Positions 1 to 13,680 of a stretch of DNA of 64,000 bases are shown piece by piece. The notes under the pieces were generated by a model, which ran no database searches, was not told the DNA's origin, and worked only from the letters and a program-made list of their open reading frames with translations. Where the stretch lies: NCBI GenBank assembly GCA_043810925.1, contig JBDRNT010000069.1, forward strand, positions 34,352 to 98,351, read 5' to 3'. The position numbers were made by a program, and so were the translations under genes. Positions within the stretch are counted from its first letter, which is position 1. Each line of letters starts with the position of its first letter. The DNA comes from Candidatus Eiseniibacteriota bacterium. Lineage in GTDB: Bacteria > Arandabacterota > Arandabacteria > Arandabacterales > Arandabacteraceae.

Positions 1-428
1 GGGTCGACCGCATACTTGTGGATCTTCTCCGGGGTCTCTCTCGCAACCTCTTCTATGTCGACACCCCCGGCGGAGCTCACCATCACAACCGGCTTCTGTG
101 ATTTTCTGTCAACGATGATCCCGAGATAATACTCGTCGGAGACATCGAGACACTCCCCCACCAGCACCTTTTTAACAGGAAGACCCTTTATCTCCATCGA
201 GAGAATCTCGGATGCGACCTTCCGGGCTTCTTCCGGAGAGGACGCGAACTTTATTCCCCCCGCCTTACCTCGACCACCGACATGGACCTGCGCCTTTATC
301 ACAACCTTCTTGCCTATTTCCCGGGCAATCGCACTCGCCTCCTCAGGCGTTGCCGCCACCTTGCCACCCGGGACGGCGATCCCGTAATCTGCAAAGATCT
401 CCTTCGCCTGGTACTCGTGCAGTTTCAA
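1..428 (-). CDS. sucC: Succinyl-CoA ligase (ADP-forming) beta subunit, N-terminal ATP-grasp part. Partial: continues past the window start.
   Basis: The minus-strand translation from 428 reads (M/L)[60 protein letters not shown]..., a textbook SucC N-terminus. A TTG start is preceded by a GGAGG ribosome-binding site. The start overlaps the stop of the upstream ORF (TTGA). Confidence 0.85.
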   Translation of the reverse strand, partial: MKLHEYQAKEIFADYGIAVPGGKVAATPEEASAIAREIGKKVVIKAQVHVGGRGKAGGIKFASSPEEARKVASEILSMEIKGLPVKKVLVGECLDVSDEYYLGIIVDRKSQKPVVMVSSAGGVDIEEVARETPEKIHKYAVD

Positions 429-1762
429 TTCCCTGCCTCCTCTCCTTTAAGGAAATCGGTCAGAATTGATTGAATGTCCGGCTTACCCACTTCTTCGAGC
501 TTGTATGTCACCCTCACAATGGGAATGTCAATCTTGATCACCAACCGCAGATCTGCAGGGGTGCCGTTTATCACCACATCCGCCCCGCTTGCCCTGATGG
601 TCGCCTCAAGGTCCCGCGTCTGTCCCTCTCCATAACCCATAGCGGGAACGAGATCTTCGATATGGTCATACTTCTCGAGCGTCTGCTTTATCTCCCCAAC
701 TGCAAATCCCCGTGGGTCGATACACTCCGCGGCACCGAATTTCCTAGCGGCCACCACACCGGCACCGAACTTCATCCCGCCGTGGGTAAGCGTCGGCCCA
801 TCCTCGACAACGAGCACCCGCTTGCCTTTGATAAGATCCGGGGCATCGGCACTGATGGGCGATGCGGCAATTATGATCCGTGCCTCCGGATTGACCGATG
901 CGATAATCCCCTTTACCCTCTCTACGTTTTCCGGTGGCGCCGTGTCCACCTTGTTGATCACAACGACGTCGGCCATGCGAAGATTCGCCTCACCAGGGTG
1001 GCTTGTGGTCTGGTCGTCCGGTCTATGCGGATCTACGACAACGATGTTGAGATCAGGCTGGTAAAACGGGAGGTCGTTGTTTCCGCCATCCCAGATCACT
1101 ATGTCGGCCTCCGCCTCCGCCTGCGCGAGAATCGCCCCGTAGTCCACACCGGCATAAACCACCCTGCCTTCGTCGATATGGGGCTCGTATTCCTCTCTCT
1201 CTTCTATCGTACATTCGTGCTTGTCAAGATCCTCATGTGTCGCGAACCGCTGGACAGCCTGCTTCGCAAGATCACCGTAGGGCATCGGGTGTCTTATCAC
1301 GACAACCTTCTTGCCCGCGGCCTCGAGCACCTCACAGATCTTCCTCGTCGTCTGGCTTTTTCCCGAACCGGTTCTGGTAGCACAAACGGAGATCAGGGGC
1401 TTCTTGGATTCGATCCACGTCGACCGGGCGCCGAGAAGCATGAAGTCACTGCCGGCGGCGATCACCTGCGAAGCCTTGTGCATGACCTCGACATGCGGGA
1501 TGTCGCTGTATGAGAATACGACGAGATCCGCATCCTCGCTTTTTATTACCTGATCAAGATCGTCCTCATCCAGTATCGGAATACCATCCGGATAGAGCTT
1601 TCCGGCAAGCACGGAGGGATACTTTCTGTCCGTTATGTGGGGGATCTGTGTGGCGGTGAAAGCCACCACCTTGTAGTCGTCCGCGTCTCTAAAGAAGACA
1701 TTGAAATTGTGGAAATCCCTACCGGCCGCTCCCATTATCACGACTTTTTTCGCAGGCACCAC
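425..1762 (-). CDS. P-loop protein of the cyclic 2,3-diphosphoglycerate synthetase (cDPGS)/DUF1611-like family, 445 aa.
   Basis: Complete 445-aa ORF with a central P-loop ([13 protein letters not shown]) and an N-terminal Rossmann-like region. Its size and architecture match my recollection of cDPG synthetase-type proteins. The family assignment is from memory and not verified. Confidence 0.4.
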   Translation of the reverse strand: MVPAKKVVIMGAAGRDFHNFNVFFRDADDYKVVAFTATQIPHITDRKYPSVLAGKLYPDGIPILDEDDLDQVIKSEDADLVVFSYSDIPHVEVMHKASQVIAAGSDFMLLGARSTWIESKKPLISVCATRTGSGKSQTTRKICEVLEAAGKKVVVIRHPMPYGDLAKQAVQRFATHEDLDKHECTIEEREEYEPHIDEGRVVYAGVDYGAILAQAEAEADIVIWDGGNNDLPFYQPDLNIVVVDPHRPDDQTTSHPGEANLRMADVVVINKVDTAPPENVERVKGIIASVNPEARIIIAASPISADAPDLIKGKRVLVVEDGPTLTHGGMKFGAGVVAARKFGAAECIDPRGFAVGEIKQTLEKYDHIEDLVPAMGYGEGQTRDLEATIRASGADVVINGTPADLRLVIKIDIPIVRVTYKLEEVGKPDIQSILTDFLKGEEAGN

Positions 1763-1808
1763 TGCACCTCCTCTTCGCCTAAGCTGTTTGAACCCTTACA
1801 GCGCTCAC

Positions 1809-3368
1809 CTACAATCTCCCTGTGAGTCCGACTGCACATCTGTATGCCCATCCCGGAACCGGGAAACTGCTGCTCGTTGTCATCGCGAAGACCTTGCCGG
1901 GATTAAAAAGCCCGAGCCTGTCGATTTCGCGTTTGATCCTGCTCAGATCCCTGAAGTCTCCGCCGAGTATCCGCTTCGAATAGGGACTGTTCCAGAGACC
2001 GATCCCATAGGGTATGCCCCCGGCTTTCACACCCCTTGCTACAACCCGGCCGGTCGCAAGGACATCCCTCGTAGGTCCGCGCCCGGCCGCACGATCATTC
2101 AGGATACCGACTGCAAAGAGCGCTCTGCCACTGTCCACCAGCCGGCACTCACAAAGCAGATCTTCCCCACTGCGAGTGCGTCGCCCCAGAGTCGCTCGAA
2201 GCCGCCGGGCCCGGTCCGTTTCTATAAGAATCTCCCCGGCAAGACGAACGCTGCCCTCATTCACCGCAGCCAGGTACGTCGACGTTTCTCCCTGGACTTC
2301 TGACGCGTCACCACCGGCATCGACTTCCAGTCCGGCAGCCAGCGCAAGGTCCTTAAGCATCGCTTCACACCGGTTGATGCAGGTATCATCACCCTCTTCC
2401 ACCACACTTATAAGCCCCGCATCACCCGTCTCAATTCCGGTCTTCTTACCAAACAGACGTGCGCGGTTCTCCCCGATCAATCTGGTGGAAAACGGAGGAC
2501 TGTCGACGCGTGAGAGCCGGGTTAGAATCTCGAATCCATCCTCTTCCTTGTTCAACCGGATGAGGTAGTATGCTCGCCGCTCGGGTCTGGTCTTCACCGG
2601 CAGGGTAAGCTTGGTGATCACCCCCATCTGTCCCTCGGTACCTGAAAAACTGCGAGTCGCGTACCTCCCTTCACCCTTGGCCGAGTTTACCAGGAGTCCG
2701 GAGGCAAGGGCGACTTCCACCGAGGCCACCTGCTCGTGGAACTTCCCCTCCCTGTGCGTACCGACGCCATAACCACCGGTGCTCATCCAGCCGCCGACCG
2801 TGGCCGAGCCGGCGTTGGCGGGATAGCAGCGAAGCGAGAGGTCTTCCATGGAAAGATTCTCCTCAAGGCCTTTCCAGGTGCAGCCCGCCTCAACCGTAAC
2901 GGTCCCTCCACTCCTGTCGATCGAAATGACCCGGGCCATCCGCGAGACGTCTACGACAACGCCGCCTCGTACCGGCATCGCACCGCCGAGGCCGGCTCTT
3001 CCACCGCCCCTGGGCACCGCCGGTGTCTTCTCTTCGATACATACATCGAGCATATCGGCGGCACACTGACCCGAATCGGGAAAGGCAATCACTTCCGGTG
3101 TGCGTGAGAAGATCCTGGAAAGCACTTTCCGGTGAGGAGCGAAGTCATGCCGGTAGCGTTCGCATTCATCCTCATCCGTGGAAATCTTATCGTCGCCGAC
3201 ACGAGAAGCGAGTGCGTGCGCGATATCGGAACTCTCTCTGGACCGTACAGACATCCCCTTCCCGAGGAAACCGATTTTGCCGACTCTTCTGCCTACATGT
3301 ATACGCTTTCTTCCCAAGTCTCGTGCCTCTCGGCCGTCGCGCGATGTCGATGCACTCTTCCCGGTCAT
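1809..3368 (-). CDS. FAD-linked oxidase (PCMH-type FAD-binding domain; GlcD/alkyl-DHAP-synthase-like).
   Basis: FAD-binding motif ...PRGGGRAGLGGAMPVRGG..., the C-terminal oxidase signature ...GLFNPGKV and a 519-aa ORF. The first ~38 residues are Arg-rich, so the true start may be the internal Met at about 3254. The annotated ATG at 3368 would overlap the upstream gene's stop as ATGA. Confidence 0.7.
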   Translation of the reverse strand: MTGKSASTSRDGREARDLGRKRIHVGRRVGKIGFLGKGMSVRSRESSDIAHALASRVGDDKISTDEDECERYRHDFAPHRKVLSRIFSRTPEVIAFPDSGQCAADMLDVCIEEKTPAVPRGGGRAGLGGAMPVRGGVVVDVSRMARVISIDRSGGTVTVEAGCTWKGLEENLSMEDLSLRCYPANAGSATVGGWMSTGGYGVGTHREGKFHEQVASVEVALASGLLVNSAKGEGRYATRSFSGTEGQMGVITKLTLPVKTRPERRAYYLIRLNKEEDGFEILTRLSRVDSPPFSTRLIGENRARLFGKKTGIETGDAGLISVVEEGDDTCINRCEAMLKDLALAAGLEVDAGGDASEVQGETSTYLAAVNEGSVRLAGEILIETDRARRLRATLGRRTRSGEDLLCECRLVDSGRALFAVGILNDRAAGRGPTRDVLATGRVVARGVKAGGIPYGIGLWNSPYSKRILGGDFRDLSRIKREIDRLGLFNPGKVFAMTTSSSFPVPGWAYRCAVGLTGRL

Positions 3369-3871
3369 GACTCAGCTTCAGGTGTGTCTTTGTATCGCTC
3401 CGCAATATCCCTGAGCAGTTTCGCGGTGGAATGCCCGCCGTGAAGGGGCAAACGCACAACCTTTCCTCCCGACTCCTCCACCTGCTTTCTCCCGACTATT
3501 TCGTCGATCGCATAGTCACCGCCCTTGACAAGCACATCGGGTAGCAGGACCGTTATCACCCGTTCCGGGGTGTCTTCATCGAATACCGTGACGAAGTCGA
3601 CCGACTCAAGCGCGGCCACTACCGCAGTCCTGTCATCCTCGAGAACTATCGGTCTCTTCTCGCCCTTAAGTCTCCTCACCGAGTCGTCGCTGTTGATTCC
3701 CACTGCAAGCTGGTCGCCGAGATTCCGTGCCGCCCTGAGCAGTTCGACATGTCCCCTGTGGAGAATGTCAAAGCATCCATTCGTGAACACAAAGCGCTTC
3801 CCGGCTTTGCGGGCGGTTTCTCTGGCGTCCCTCAGTTGGTCCAACGTCACGATCTTGTTCATGGAATCCAC
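3365..3871 (-). CDS. hldC: D-glycero-beta-D-manno-heptose-1-phosphate adenylyltransferase (RfaE domain II, cytidylyltransferase fold).
   Basis: FTNGCFDILHRGHVELL nucleotidyltransferase motif, 168 aa, located directly after the heptose-7-phosphate kinase gene. Confidence 0.8.
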   Translation of the reverse strand: MDSMNKIVTLDQLRDARETARKAGKRFVFTNGCFDILHRGHVELLRAARNLGDQLAVGINSDDSVRRLKGEKRPIVLEDDRTAVVAALESVDFVTVFDEDTPERVITVLLPDVLVKGGDYAIDEIVGRKQVEESGGKVVRLPLHGGHSTAKLLRDIAERYKDTPEAES

Positions 3872-3872
3872 T

Positions 3873-4829
3873 TCATGCCACCTGGTCGTCGCCCTTGAAA
3901 GATGTTATCAGATCCTCCGGGGTGACGGTCGCGGTGCCCACGTTGCGTATTACGTTTCCTGCGGCGTGATTCGCGATATGAGCTGCTTCGGCCATGCTGG
4001 CCCCACCTGAAAGCGCAAGCGTGAATGAGGAAATGACGGTATCACCGGCACCGGTGACATCGTATACATGTCTGGCGACCGTGGGGAAGTGCTCGTAGGT
4101 CCTGTCTTTCTGAAAGAGAGACATGCCATACTCTCCACGTGTGATGAGAAGCGCATCGGTATTCAGGAGGTCGACTATCTGCCAGCCGGCATCGAGTAAG
4201 GTCTTCTCATCATGTATACGCATTCCCAGGGCACCACCGGCCTCGTGGTGATTCGGAGTTATCAGCGACACTTCCTTGTAGTTCATGAAGTGCCCTTCCT
4301 TGGGATCGACCGAGACTATCTTGCCGGCGGCTCTGGCAGCAGGTATAAGACTCTCCAGCAATCGCTTTGTTATGACTCCCTTGCCGTAATCCGATATGAC
4401 TATGGCGTCGCATCCATCCAGAGCGGTCGTCGCAAGTCCGGTCACTCTCTCCGCGACTTTTCCTTCGATCTCGTCCCTGATCTCACGGTCTGTCCTTACC
4501 ACCTGCTGATTGTGGGCAATCACCCTGGTCTTGGTCGTAGTCGGCCGCGTTTCATCAAGCACAAGGCCCGCCGCTGCGATACCCCGGTCTTCGATCTCTC
4601 GCCCGATCTCAGCCCCGACAGAGTCGTTGCCGACGACTCCGATCAACTCACAGGAGGCACCGAGTGACACGATGTTGTTGGCTACGTTGGCGGCGCCGCC
4701 GAGCCTGACGGTCTCCTCTTTTATGTCGACAACGGGTACAGGTGCCTCGGGCGAGATTCTCGACACTGCGCCCCAGACGTACCGGTCCAGCATGACATCA
4801 CCGATCACCATCACCTTCCTTGTCTTCAT
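3873..4829 (-). CDS. hldA: D-glycero-beta-D-manno-heptose-7-phosphate kinase (RfaE domain I, PfkB family).
   Basis: PfkB carbohydrate-kinase motifs (VMVIGDVMLDRY..., DVTGAGDT) and an RfaE-I-like sequence. The ORF extends to 4973, but the extension is not protein-like, so the start is probably near 4829 (MKTRKVMVIGD) or a nearby non-ATG codon. Confidence 0.75.
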   Translation of the reverse strand: MKTRKVMVIGDVMLDRYVWGAVSRISPEAPVPVVDIKEETVRLGGAANVANNIVSLGASCELIGVVGNDSVGAEIGREIEDRGIAAAGLVLDETRPTTTKTRVIAHNQQVVRTDREIRDEIEGKVAERVTGLATTALDGCDAIVISDYGKGVITKRLLESLIPAARAAGKIVSVDPKEGHFMNYKEVSLITPNHHEAGGALGMRIHDEKTLLDAGWQIVDLLNTDALLITRGEYGMSLFQKDRTYEHFPTVARHVYDVTGAGDTVISSFTLALSGGASMAEAAHIANHAAGNVIRNVGTATVTPEDLITSFKGDDQVA

Positions 4830-4999
4830 GATCTTCAGGATTTCGCGGAGCCGGTCGATGGATGGTTCTCCCACAGTACCCCTCGCTTCAAAATGGACAT
4901 CAAAAGAGGCTCTCAGAGGACCATTTGGTAAAGAGCCCAACGGGAAATATAACACGCATGGAGGATGAGTCAAGCGCTTTACATCTAGAGGGCCGAGGG

Positions 5000-5028
5000 T
5001 TGACAGGGGGGGCCAGTCTAATTAGAGT
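5000..5028 (+). promoter_or_regulatory. Sigma70-like promoter (TTGACA-17-TAGAGT) in front of the M6 protease gene. The transcript would be nearly leaderless.
   Basis: TTGACA at 5000-5005, a 17-nt spacer, then TAGAGT at 5023-5028. The ATG is at 5038, only about 3 nt after the predicted transcription start. Confidence 0.3.
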
Positions 5029-5037
5029 GAAAGTGGA

Positions 5038-6828
5038 ATGAGAAATACAACCGCTATCTTATGCTCGTTGTTGGTCTTGCTCGTATTGGCGACGACTGCT
5101 TCATTCCCGGTCCCCCCGGCTCCACAGGGAGATGTCCTCACAGGGACAGGGGTCCGGTACCTTCATCACCGTCCGGGTATGATAGACGTACCACAGGTGC
5201 CGTCCGCCCTGGGAAGCACGGACACATGCAAGGCTCTCGTGTTGCTGATAGACTTCGATGACAAGGCGGCCCAGATGGATACTTCTCACTTCCGGAACCT
5301 TCTCTTCGGCGATGCCGCCAGTTCGATGAAGTCCTACTTCGAGGAGAATTCTTACGGAAAGTTCTCGATGGTGGGAGATTTGCACGGATGGCTCAGGAGC
5401 GCCTGCAGGCACAGCGACATCGTCAACCGGGATGGTGTGAGTGGAACGGCGGACGACTACGGCGTTGATACAACCGCCGCCGCAATCGACGAGGCCGTCT
5501 GTGATTATCCGCTCAATATCTGGGGCCTTGTAGTGAATGCGGTCACCCTGGCCGGCGAAAGTCTCGATCTGTCAACGTACGACAATGACGGCCCTGACGG
5601 TGTGCCGGACTCGGGAGATGACGACGGGTTCATCGATGCGTTGTTTGTGGTCCACTCCGGTGTCGGCGCGGAGATCTTCGGTGGACTCGAGATCGGCGTC
5701 AGTCATATTTGGTCGCTTCAGTCAAACCTCGACTACTATGGTCCCACCAGTGGGACGGAGGTCCAGGGCATAAGAGTCGGAGCGTTCGTGCTCGTCCCGG
5801 AGATGGGACAGATAGGCGTGTACGCGCATGAGTTCTGCCATCTGCTCGGCTTGCCCGATCTGTATAACACCGAGACGGAGGCTTCGGTCGTGGGACGGCT
5901 CTGCCTGATGGATCTGGGCGCCTGGAACGGCCCCCAGCAGAGCATAGGCAGTGTTCCAAGCCATCTGTCGGCACCGATGAAGCAAATTCTGGGCTGGGTG
6001 GAACCAAGGAAGGTCTGCCTTGACTGTGACGGGCCCGACATAGTGGAAGGCGCCAGGATCGAGCCTCATGGAACCGCACCGTATCCCTATCAGGTTCTCC
6101 GCAACCCCGGCGGTGCGGACTGGAAGCCGGACGGCTCGGGCGAAGGCGAGTATTTCATGCTCGAAAACCGTCAGACAACACGCGGGTACTTCGAATCCTA
6201 TTTACCCGGCTCGGGTCTTCTGGTCTGGAAGGTGGACGAAAGCCAACCCGACAACAACAACCCCGGACGAAGGCTGGCCGAGATCATACAGGCCGATGGA
6301 GAGGTCATCGATCCGGATATACTCGAATCGGGCAGCCCGCTTCGTAACGTGCCCGGGGAACCTTCCGACTTCTTCCCCGGAATTCTTGAGAAACGTGACT
6401 TCACGCCACGGACCGACCCTGCAAGCGACCTGCCCGGAGGAAGATACTCCGGTGTGAGTGTACAGGACATCATGGAAGTCGCCGGCTCCGGAATCCAGGC
6501 CGATATCATGGTCGGATTGCCGAAAAAGGGTACAACCTATGCCTACCCGAATCCGTTCAGGTTGAGCGATGGGTCACCGGTCAGAATAGTGTTTGTACCC
6601 GACCCCGGTCCCGATACCCCCCACGATGGTACGTTTGAGGCGACGATCTTCGACCTGGAAGGCAACTTCGTCCGGAGGCTGGACACGGCAGGTGAAATCC
6701 GCCGGTCGGGCTGCGCGGAGTGGGACGGGAAAGATGAGACTGGAAACGGGGTGTATCCCGGCCTATACTTATACTATGTGACCTCATCAGGACAGGAAGC
6801 AACAGGCGTCCTGGGAGTCAGAAAATAG
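5038..6828 (+). CDS. Secreted M6-family (immune inhibitor A-like) zinc metalloprotease carrying a C-terminal T9SS sorting domain (CTD).
   Basis: N-terminal signal peptide. HEXXH-type motif YAHEFCHLLGLPDLYN, as in InhA/M6 peptidases. The C-terminal ~90 aa (TYAYPNPF...WDGKDETGNGVYPGLYLYYV...) match the Por_Secre_tail/T9SS type-A CTD pattern. Confidence 0.75.
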   Translation: MRNTTAILCSLLVLLVLATTASFPVPPAPQGDVLTGTGVRYLHHRPGMIDVPQVPSALGSTDTCKALVLLIDFDDKAAQMDTSHFRNLLFGDAASSMKSYFEENSYGKFSMVGDLHGWLRSACRHSDIVNRDGVSGTADDYGVDTTAAAIDEAVCDYPLNIWGLVVNAVTLAGESLDLSTYDNDGPDGVPDSGDDDGFIDALFVVHSGVGAEIFGGLEIGVSHIWSLQSNLDYYGPTSGTEVQGIRVGAFVLVPEMGQIGVYAHEFCHLLGLPDLYNTETEASVVGRLCLMDLGAWNGPQQSIGSVPSHLSAPMKQILGWVEPRKVCLDCDGPDIVEGARIEPHGTAPYPYQVLRNPGGADWKPDGSGEGEYFMLENRQTTRGYFESYLPGSGLLVWKVDESQPDNNNPGRRLAEIIQADGEVIDPDILESGSPLRNVPGEPSDFFPGILEKRDFTPRTDPASDLPGGRYSGVSVQDIMEVAGSGIQADIMVGLPKKGTTYAYPNPFRLSDGSPVRIVFVPDPGPDTPHDGTFEATIFDLEGNFVRRLDTAGEIRRSGCAEWDGKDETGNGVYPGLYLYYVTSSGQEATGVLGVRK

Positions 6829-6853
6829 GTTTCCTAATCGGAAGGAGTGTTGT

Positions 6854-7150
6854 GTGATGGAGAAGCGTCCGCCCCAGCAGATAAAGGTCGAACTGACGGA
6901 ACCTGCAGCTGAGGGCATCTATTCCAACTGGGTGATGATAACTTACAGCCCCTCGGAGTTCATCATAGACTTCGGGAGATTTCTGCCCGGGCTTGCCAAG
7001 ACCAAAGTCTACTCGAGGATCATCATGACACCGCAGCACGTTAAGAACCTCCTCAACGTCCTCAAGAAAAACGTGACGATCTATGAGGAGAAGTTCGGCG
7101 AGATCAAGACACCTGCAAGCGATGATAAGGGAAAAGAAATCGGTTTTTAG
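6854..7150 (+). CDS. DUF3467 family protein.
   Basis: 98 aa. The sequence VELTEPAAEGIYSNWVMITYSPSEFIIDFGRFLPGLAKTKVYSRIIMTPQHVKNLL fits my recollection of the DUF3467 consensus. Confidence 0.6.
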   Translation: MMEKRPPQQIKVELTEPAAEGIYSNWVMITYSPSEFIIDFGRFLPGLAKTKVYSRIIMTPQHVKNLLNVLKKNVTIYEEKFGEIKTPASDDKGKEIGF

Positions 7151-8037
7151 ACAGGCCTTGTCTTCCATCTCCTGTGGGCCCACAGCCAGTGATCGGGGTG
7201 CTGTCTCACATAAGATTCGATCGTGTTCGTGTACGCCTGCGTGATCGAACGGATCGCGTCCGCCCTCTCCTTCACCTCGGGGGCAGGGACGGGTCTCTCA
7301 ATCACTATGCGCTGCTTCGAGCCTCCCAGCCTGACAATGAACCCGGGGATGATCGGCGCACCGGTTATGATTGCCAGCCCGGCAGCGCCCTGTGCGGTCG
7401 AGGCCTGATCCCCCAGGAACCGGACGAAGACCCCCGCCCGGCCCGCATCCTGATCGCAAAGCATAGCGATGAAGCGACCGGCCCTGAGTGCACGCACTAT
7501 CCCTTGTGTCGATGTCAGCTCGATGATCTCGATACCGGCCTGATGTCTCAGATCGTTCATCAGCGCCTGTACAAGCGGGTTTCTCTGAATCCCCACGACG
7601 AAAGTCACCGGATACCCGAGATGTGCGAGGACGCATCCCATCAGCTCCCAACTGCCGAAATGCCCGGTCACGAGTATTGCACCCTTGCCGGCACGCATCG
7701 CACGGTCGAGATTTTGCAGGCCCTCGACATTGACGTGCTCATCTATGTAAGCCCGGCCGACGAGCGGGAGTCTGACAAACTCGGCAATCGTCATACCGAA
7801 GTTCGCATACGATCGGCGGCCGACCCGCACGCGTGAGCACCGCAGATCGCTGTCGGCCATATGCGTCCTCAGGTTGCTGAGTGTCACGGTTCGGCGGAAC
7901 CTGAAAAGGTCAAAAGCCAGATGTCCGAGCGCTGAACCCAGTCTCAGCGCCCAAACGGGCGAGAGCAGACGCGCTCCTTTCAGAAAGAGAATCACGCCGA
8001 TGTATTCAAGCCTGTCCTCAAGGGTGGGACGTCTCAT
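7147..8037 (-). CDS. Lysophospholipid/lipid A acyltransferase (LpxL/HtrB family).
   Basis: Lauroyl/myristoyl-acyltransferase-like sequence (…LVTGHFGSWELMG… HX4D-type region; C-terminal WLWAHRRWK). The start is set at the internal Met (MRRPTLEDRLEY), which gives an ATGA overlap with the upstream gene. The ORF itself extends to 8091. Confidence 0.7.
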   Translation of the reverse strand: MRRPTLEDRLEYIGVILFLKGARLLSPVWALRLGSALGHLAFDLFRFRRTVTLSNLRTHMADSDLRCSRVRVGRRSYANFGMTIAEFVRLPLVGRAYIDEHVNVEGLQNLDRAMRAGKGAILVTGHFGSWELMGCVLAHLGYPVTFVVGIQRNPLVQALMNDLRHQAGIEIIELTSTQGIVRALRAGRFIAMLCDQDAGRAGVFVRFLGDQASTAQGAAGLAIITGAPIIPGFIVRLGGSKQRIVIERPVPAPEVKERADAIRSITQAYTNTIESYVRQHPDHWLWAHRRWKTRPV

Positions 8038-9151
8038 GCTATCAGCCTCGCCAATCGACTCAATTTCGCGTCGACGGCCCCGGCTGCGCAAGCCTCATGA
8101 CAGCAAAGACACGACGTGCACCGGGTGTGGTCTATCACGGCCCTGCCGGAACCAAGACTGATCGCGCCCGCGGGGCACATCGCCTCGCAGTCGCCGCAGC
8201 CTGTGCATTCGTCCCCCTTAACCTCCGGCTTCACCCAGACCAACTTCCTGAGGACCCCGCTCAGACCACCGGGTATGAGAAAGAACCTCCAGTTGGAGGG
8301 AACTTGAAAGTCCCTGACCATCACGTCTTCCAACCCGGTACCGGGCAATGTTATCTTCTCGATGGCACCCTCACCAAGGCCGCGCTCGCATGCCTCTCTG
8401 GTCGTGGGAACACGCCGGGGGTCTATGCCTACAATCCTCGCGAGTATCGTATCCAGAGCGACACAGTCGGTGCTCGCCGCTATGAGACCCACATGCTTCA
8501 CCCTGCCGGAGGACGGGCCGTTTCCCTCCATCGCATCGACGGCATCGACAAGGGTTACCCACGGCTTTACGAGCGAGAACACGTCGACAATCACCTTGCT
8601 CATGGCATCAGGACGTGGATTGGTAAGATGAAGTGAGGACTTGCGGAAACCCGGAACGCACCCGAACATGTTCTTGATTCCCGCCGTAAGCACCGTCAGG
8701 ATATGGGTCTTGAATTTCGGCAGGTTGACTATCCTGTCGAAGTCCGTGACGGCCTTCGAAATTGCATACGGCCTTCCACCGACAGACTTCAGGACCCAGC
8801 CGCCGGCATCGAAGTTGACCAGCGTGGCACCCCTGGCGCGAGCGGCATCGAGCAACCCGGTATTCTCCCAGATCCGTCCCACACCCCGGAGGGCCCCCGC
8901 CGGGCTGTCCCCCACAAAGACCTGAGCACCTCTATCCTGGAAGTAGTCTATGACCGCGCCGACAACAGAGGGATGGGTCGTGATGGCCCGCTCCGGCTGC
9001 CTGGCTGAGATCAGATTGGGTTTGAGTAGCACCCGCTTTCCATTCACGCTGTCTCCTTCAGGGCCCAGCGCGGTAGCGAGCGCCCTGTCGACTGCGCGAC
9101 GGACGACCTCGGGCGAATACGAATCACATCTTTCGATCACGACTTCGGCCA

Positions 9152-9152
<1 letters not shown>
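8034..9152 (-). CDS. DUF362 domain protein with a C-terminal 2x[4Fe-4S] ferredoxin domain.
   Basis: N-terminal DUF362-like region. The C-terminus carries two Cys clusters, CTGCGDCEAMCP and CTSCLCCHEACA. Confidence 0.6.
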
Positions 9153-12646
<3,494 letters not shown>

Positions 12647-12671
12647 TGCCGGCCCTCTAACGCGGTCTGCC

Positions 12672-13667
12672 CTATACCGGTTCCTTCTGGGCAGCAGTCA
12701 TCGCTATGGTGTTTACGATGTCGTCCACCCGGCAACCACGCGACAGATCGCTCGCAGGTCGCGCCAGCCCCTGAAGGATAGGTCCGAACGCCCTGCCACC
12801 CGCAAGGCGCTCGACCAACTTGTAGCCTATGTTCGCCGATTCAAGGTTGGGAAATATCAGAACGTTGGCCCGGCCGGCAACCCGGCTTCCGGGTGCCTTT
12901 CTCCTCGCCACATCAGGTACGATGGCCGCATCCACCTGCAATTCACCATCGATCACAAGGCCGGGAGCGGTTTCCCTGGCTATCTTCGTCGCTTCGATGA
13001 CTTTGTCGATTCTCGGATGGCTGGCGCTGCCCTTTGTCGAGTATGACAGCATTGCCACAACGGGCTCCAATCCGGTCAGCCGCTCCATGGTCCGGGCGGA
13101 TGCAACCGCAATGCTCGCGAGTTGACCGGCATCCGGGTCGGGCACAACGCTGGGATCGGCAAAGATGAAAGCCCGCTCCACACCGTTTGCTGCAGGAAGG
13201 ACCATCAGGAAAGCGCTCGATATGCAGTCCACACCTTCCCGGCTGCCGATCGACCTGATCAGCGACCTGAGGACATCCGCGGTCGTTGTCGCAGCACCCG
13301 CGACGATCCCATCGGCATCCCCGCCCCCCACCATCAACGCACCGAAGTAAAGAGGACTGACGGCGAGTTCCCGCGCTTCGCCGGTGTCCATACCTTTGTG
13401 CTTCCTTCGCTCGTAGAGGATCCCCGCATAACGGCCCAGGTCCTCGCTTGTGGCGGGATCGACGACAGTCACACCTGTAAGATCGGCTTCGACCTCCCCG
13501 CCGAGAGTCTCTATCTCCTTTACTGCGCCGACAAGCACCGGGGTTGCAAGGCGTTCACCCGCCGCAATCGCCGCGGCCGCCACTACGCGCCCGTCAGATG
13601 CTTCCGGCAGGACCACACGCGCCGCGTTGGCCCTTGCCCTGTCCCATATCGCTGCCATGGTTTCCAT
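12672..13667 (-). CDS. pta: Phosphate acetyl/butyryl-transferase (short-form Pta).
   Basis: Pta/Ptb sequence (RVVLPEASDGRV..., SRGCRVDDIVNTIAMTA). The start is taken at METMAAIW (13667) because the upstream ORF extension to 13763 is low-complexity. Confidence 0.75.
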   Translation of the reverse strand: METMAAIWDRARANAARVVLPEASDGRVVAAAAIAAGERLATPVLVGAVKEIETLGGEVEADLTGVTVVDPATSEDLGRYAGILYERRKHKGMDTGEARELAVSPLYFGALMVGGGDADGIVAGAATTTADVLRSLIRSIGSREGVDCISSAFLMVLPAANGVERAFIFADPSVVPDPDAGQLASIAVASARTMERLTGLEPVVAMLSYSTKGSASHPRIDKVIEATKIARETAPGLVIDGELQVDAAIVPDVARRKAPGSRVAGRANVLIFPNLESANIGYKLVERLAGGRAFGPILQGLARPASDLSRGCRVDDIVNTIAMTAAQKEPV

Positions 13668-13680
13668 CAAAGAGGTCCTT

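Noticed and set aside
470-1513. Long plus-strand ORFs antisense to minus-strand genes (for example 470-1513, 2014-2568, 42525-43361, 44041-44706, 62468-63340, 18182-18805).
   Set aside because: They lie entirely inside well-supported minus-strand genes with recognisable products. In ~60% GC DNA, stop-poor antisense frames are expected, and their translations are low-complexity (Arg/Pro/Ser-rich).
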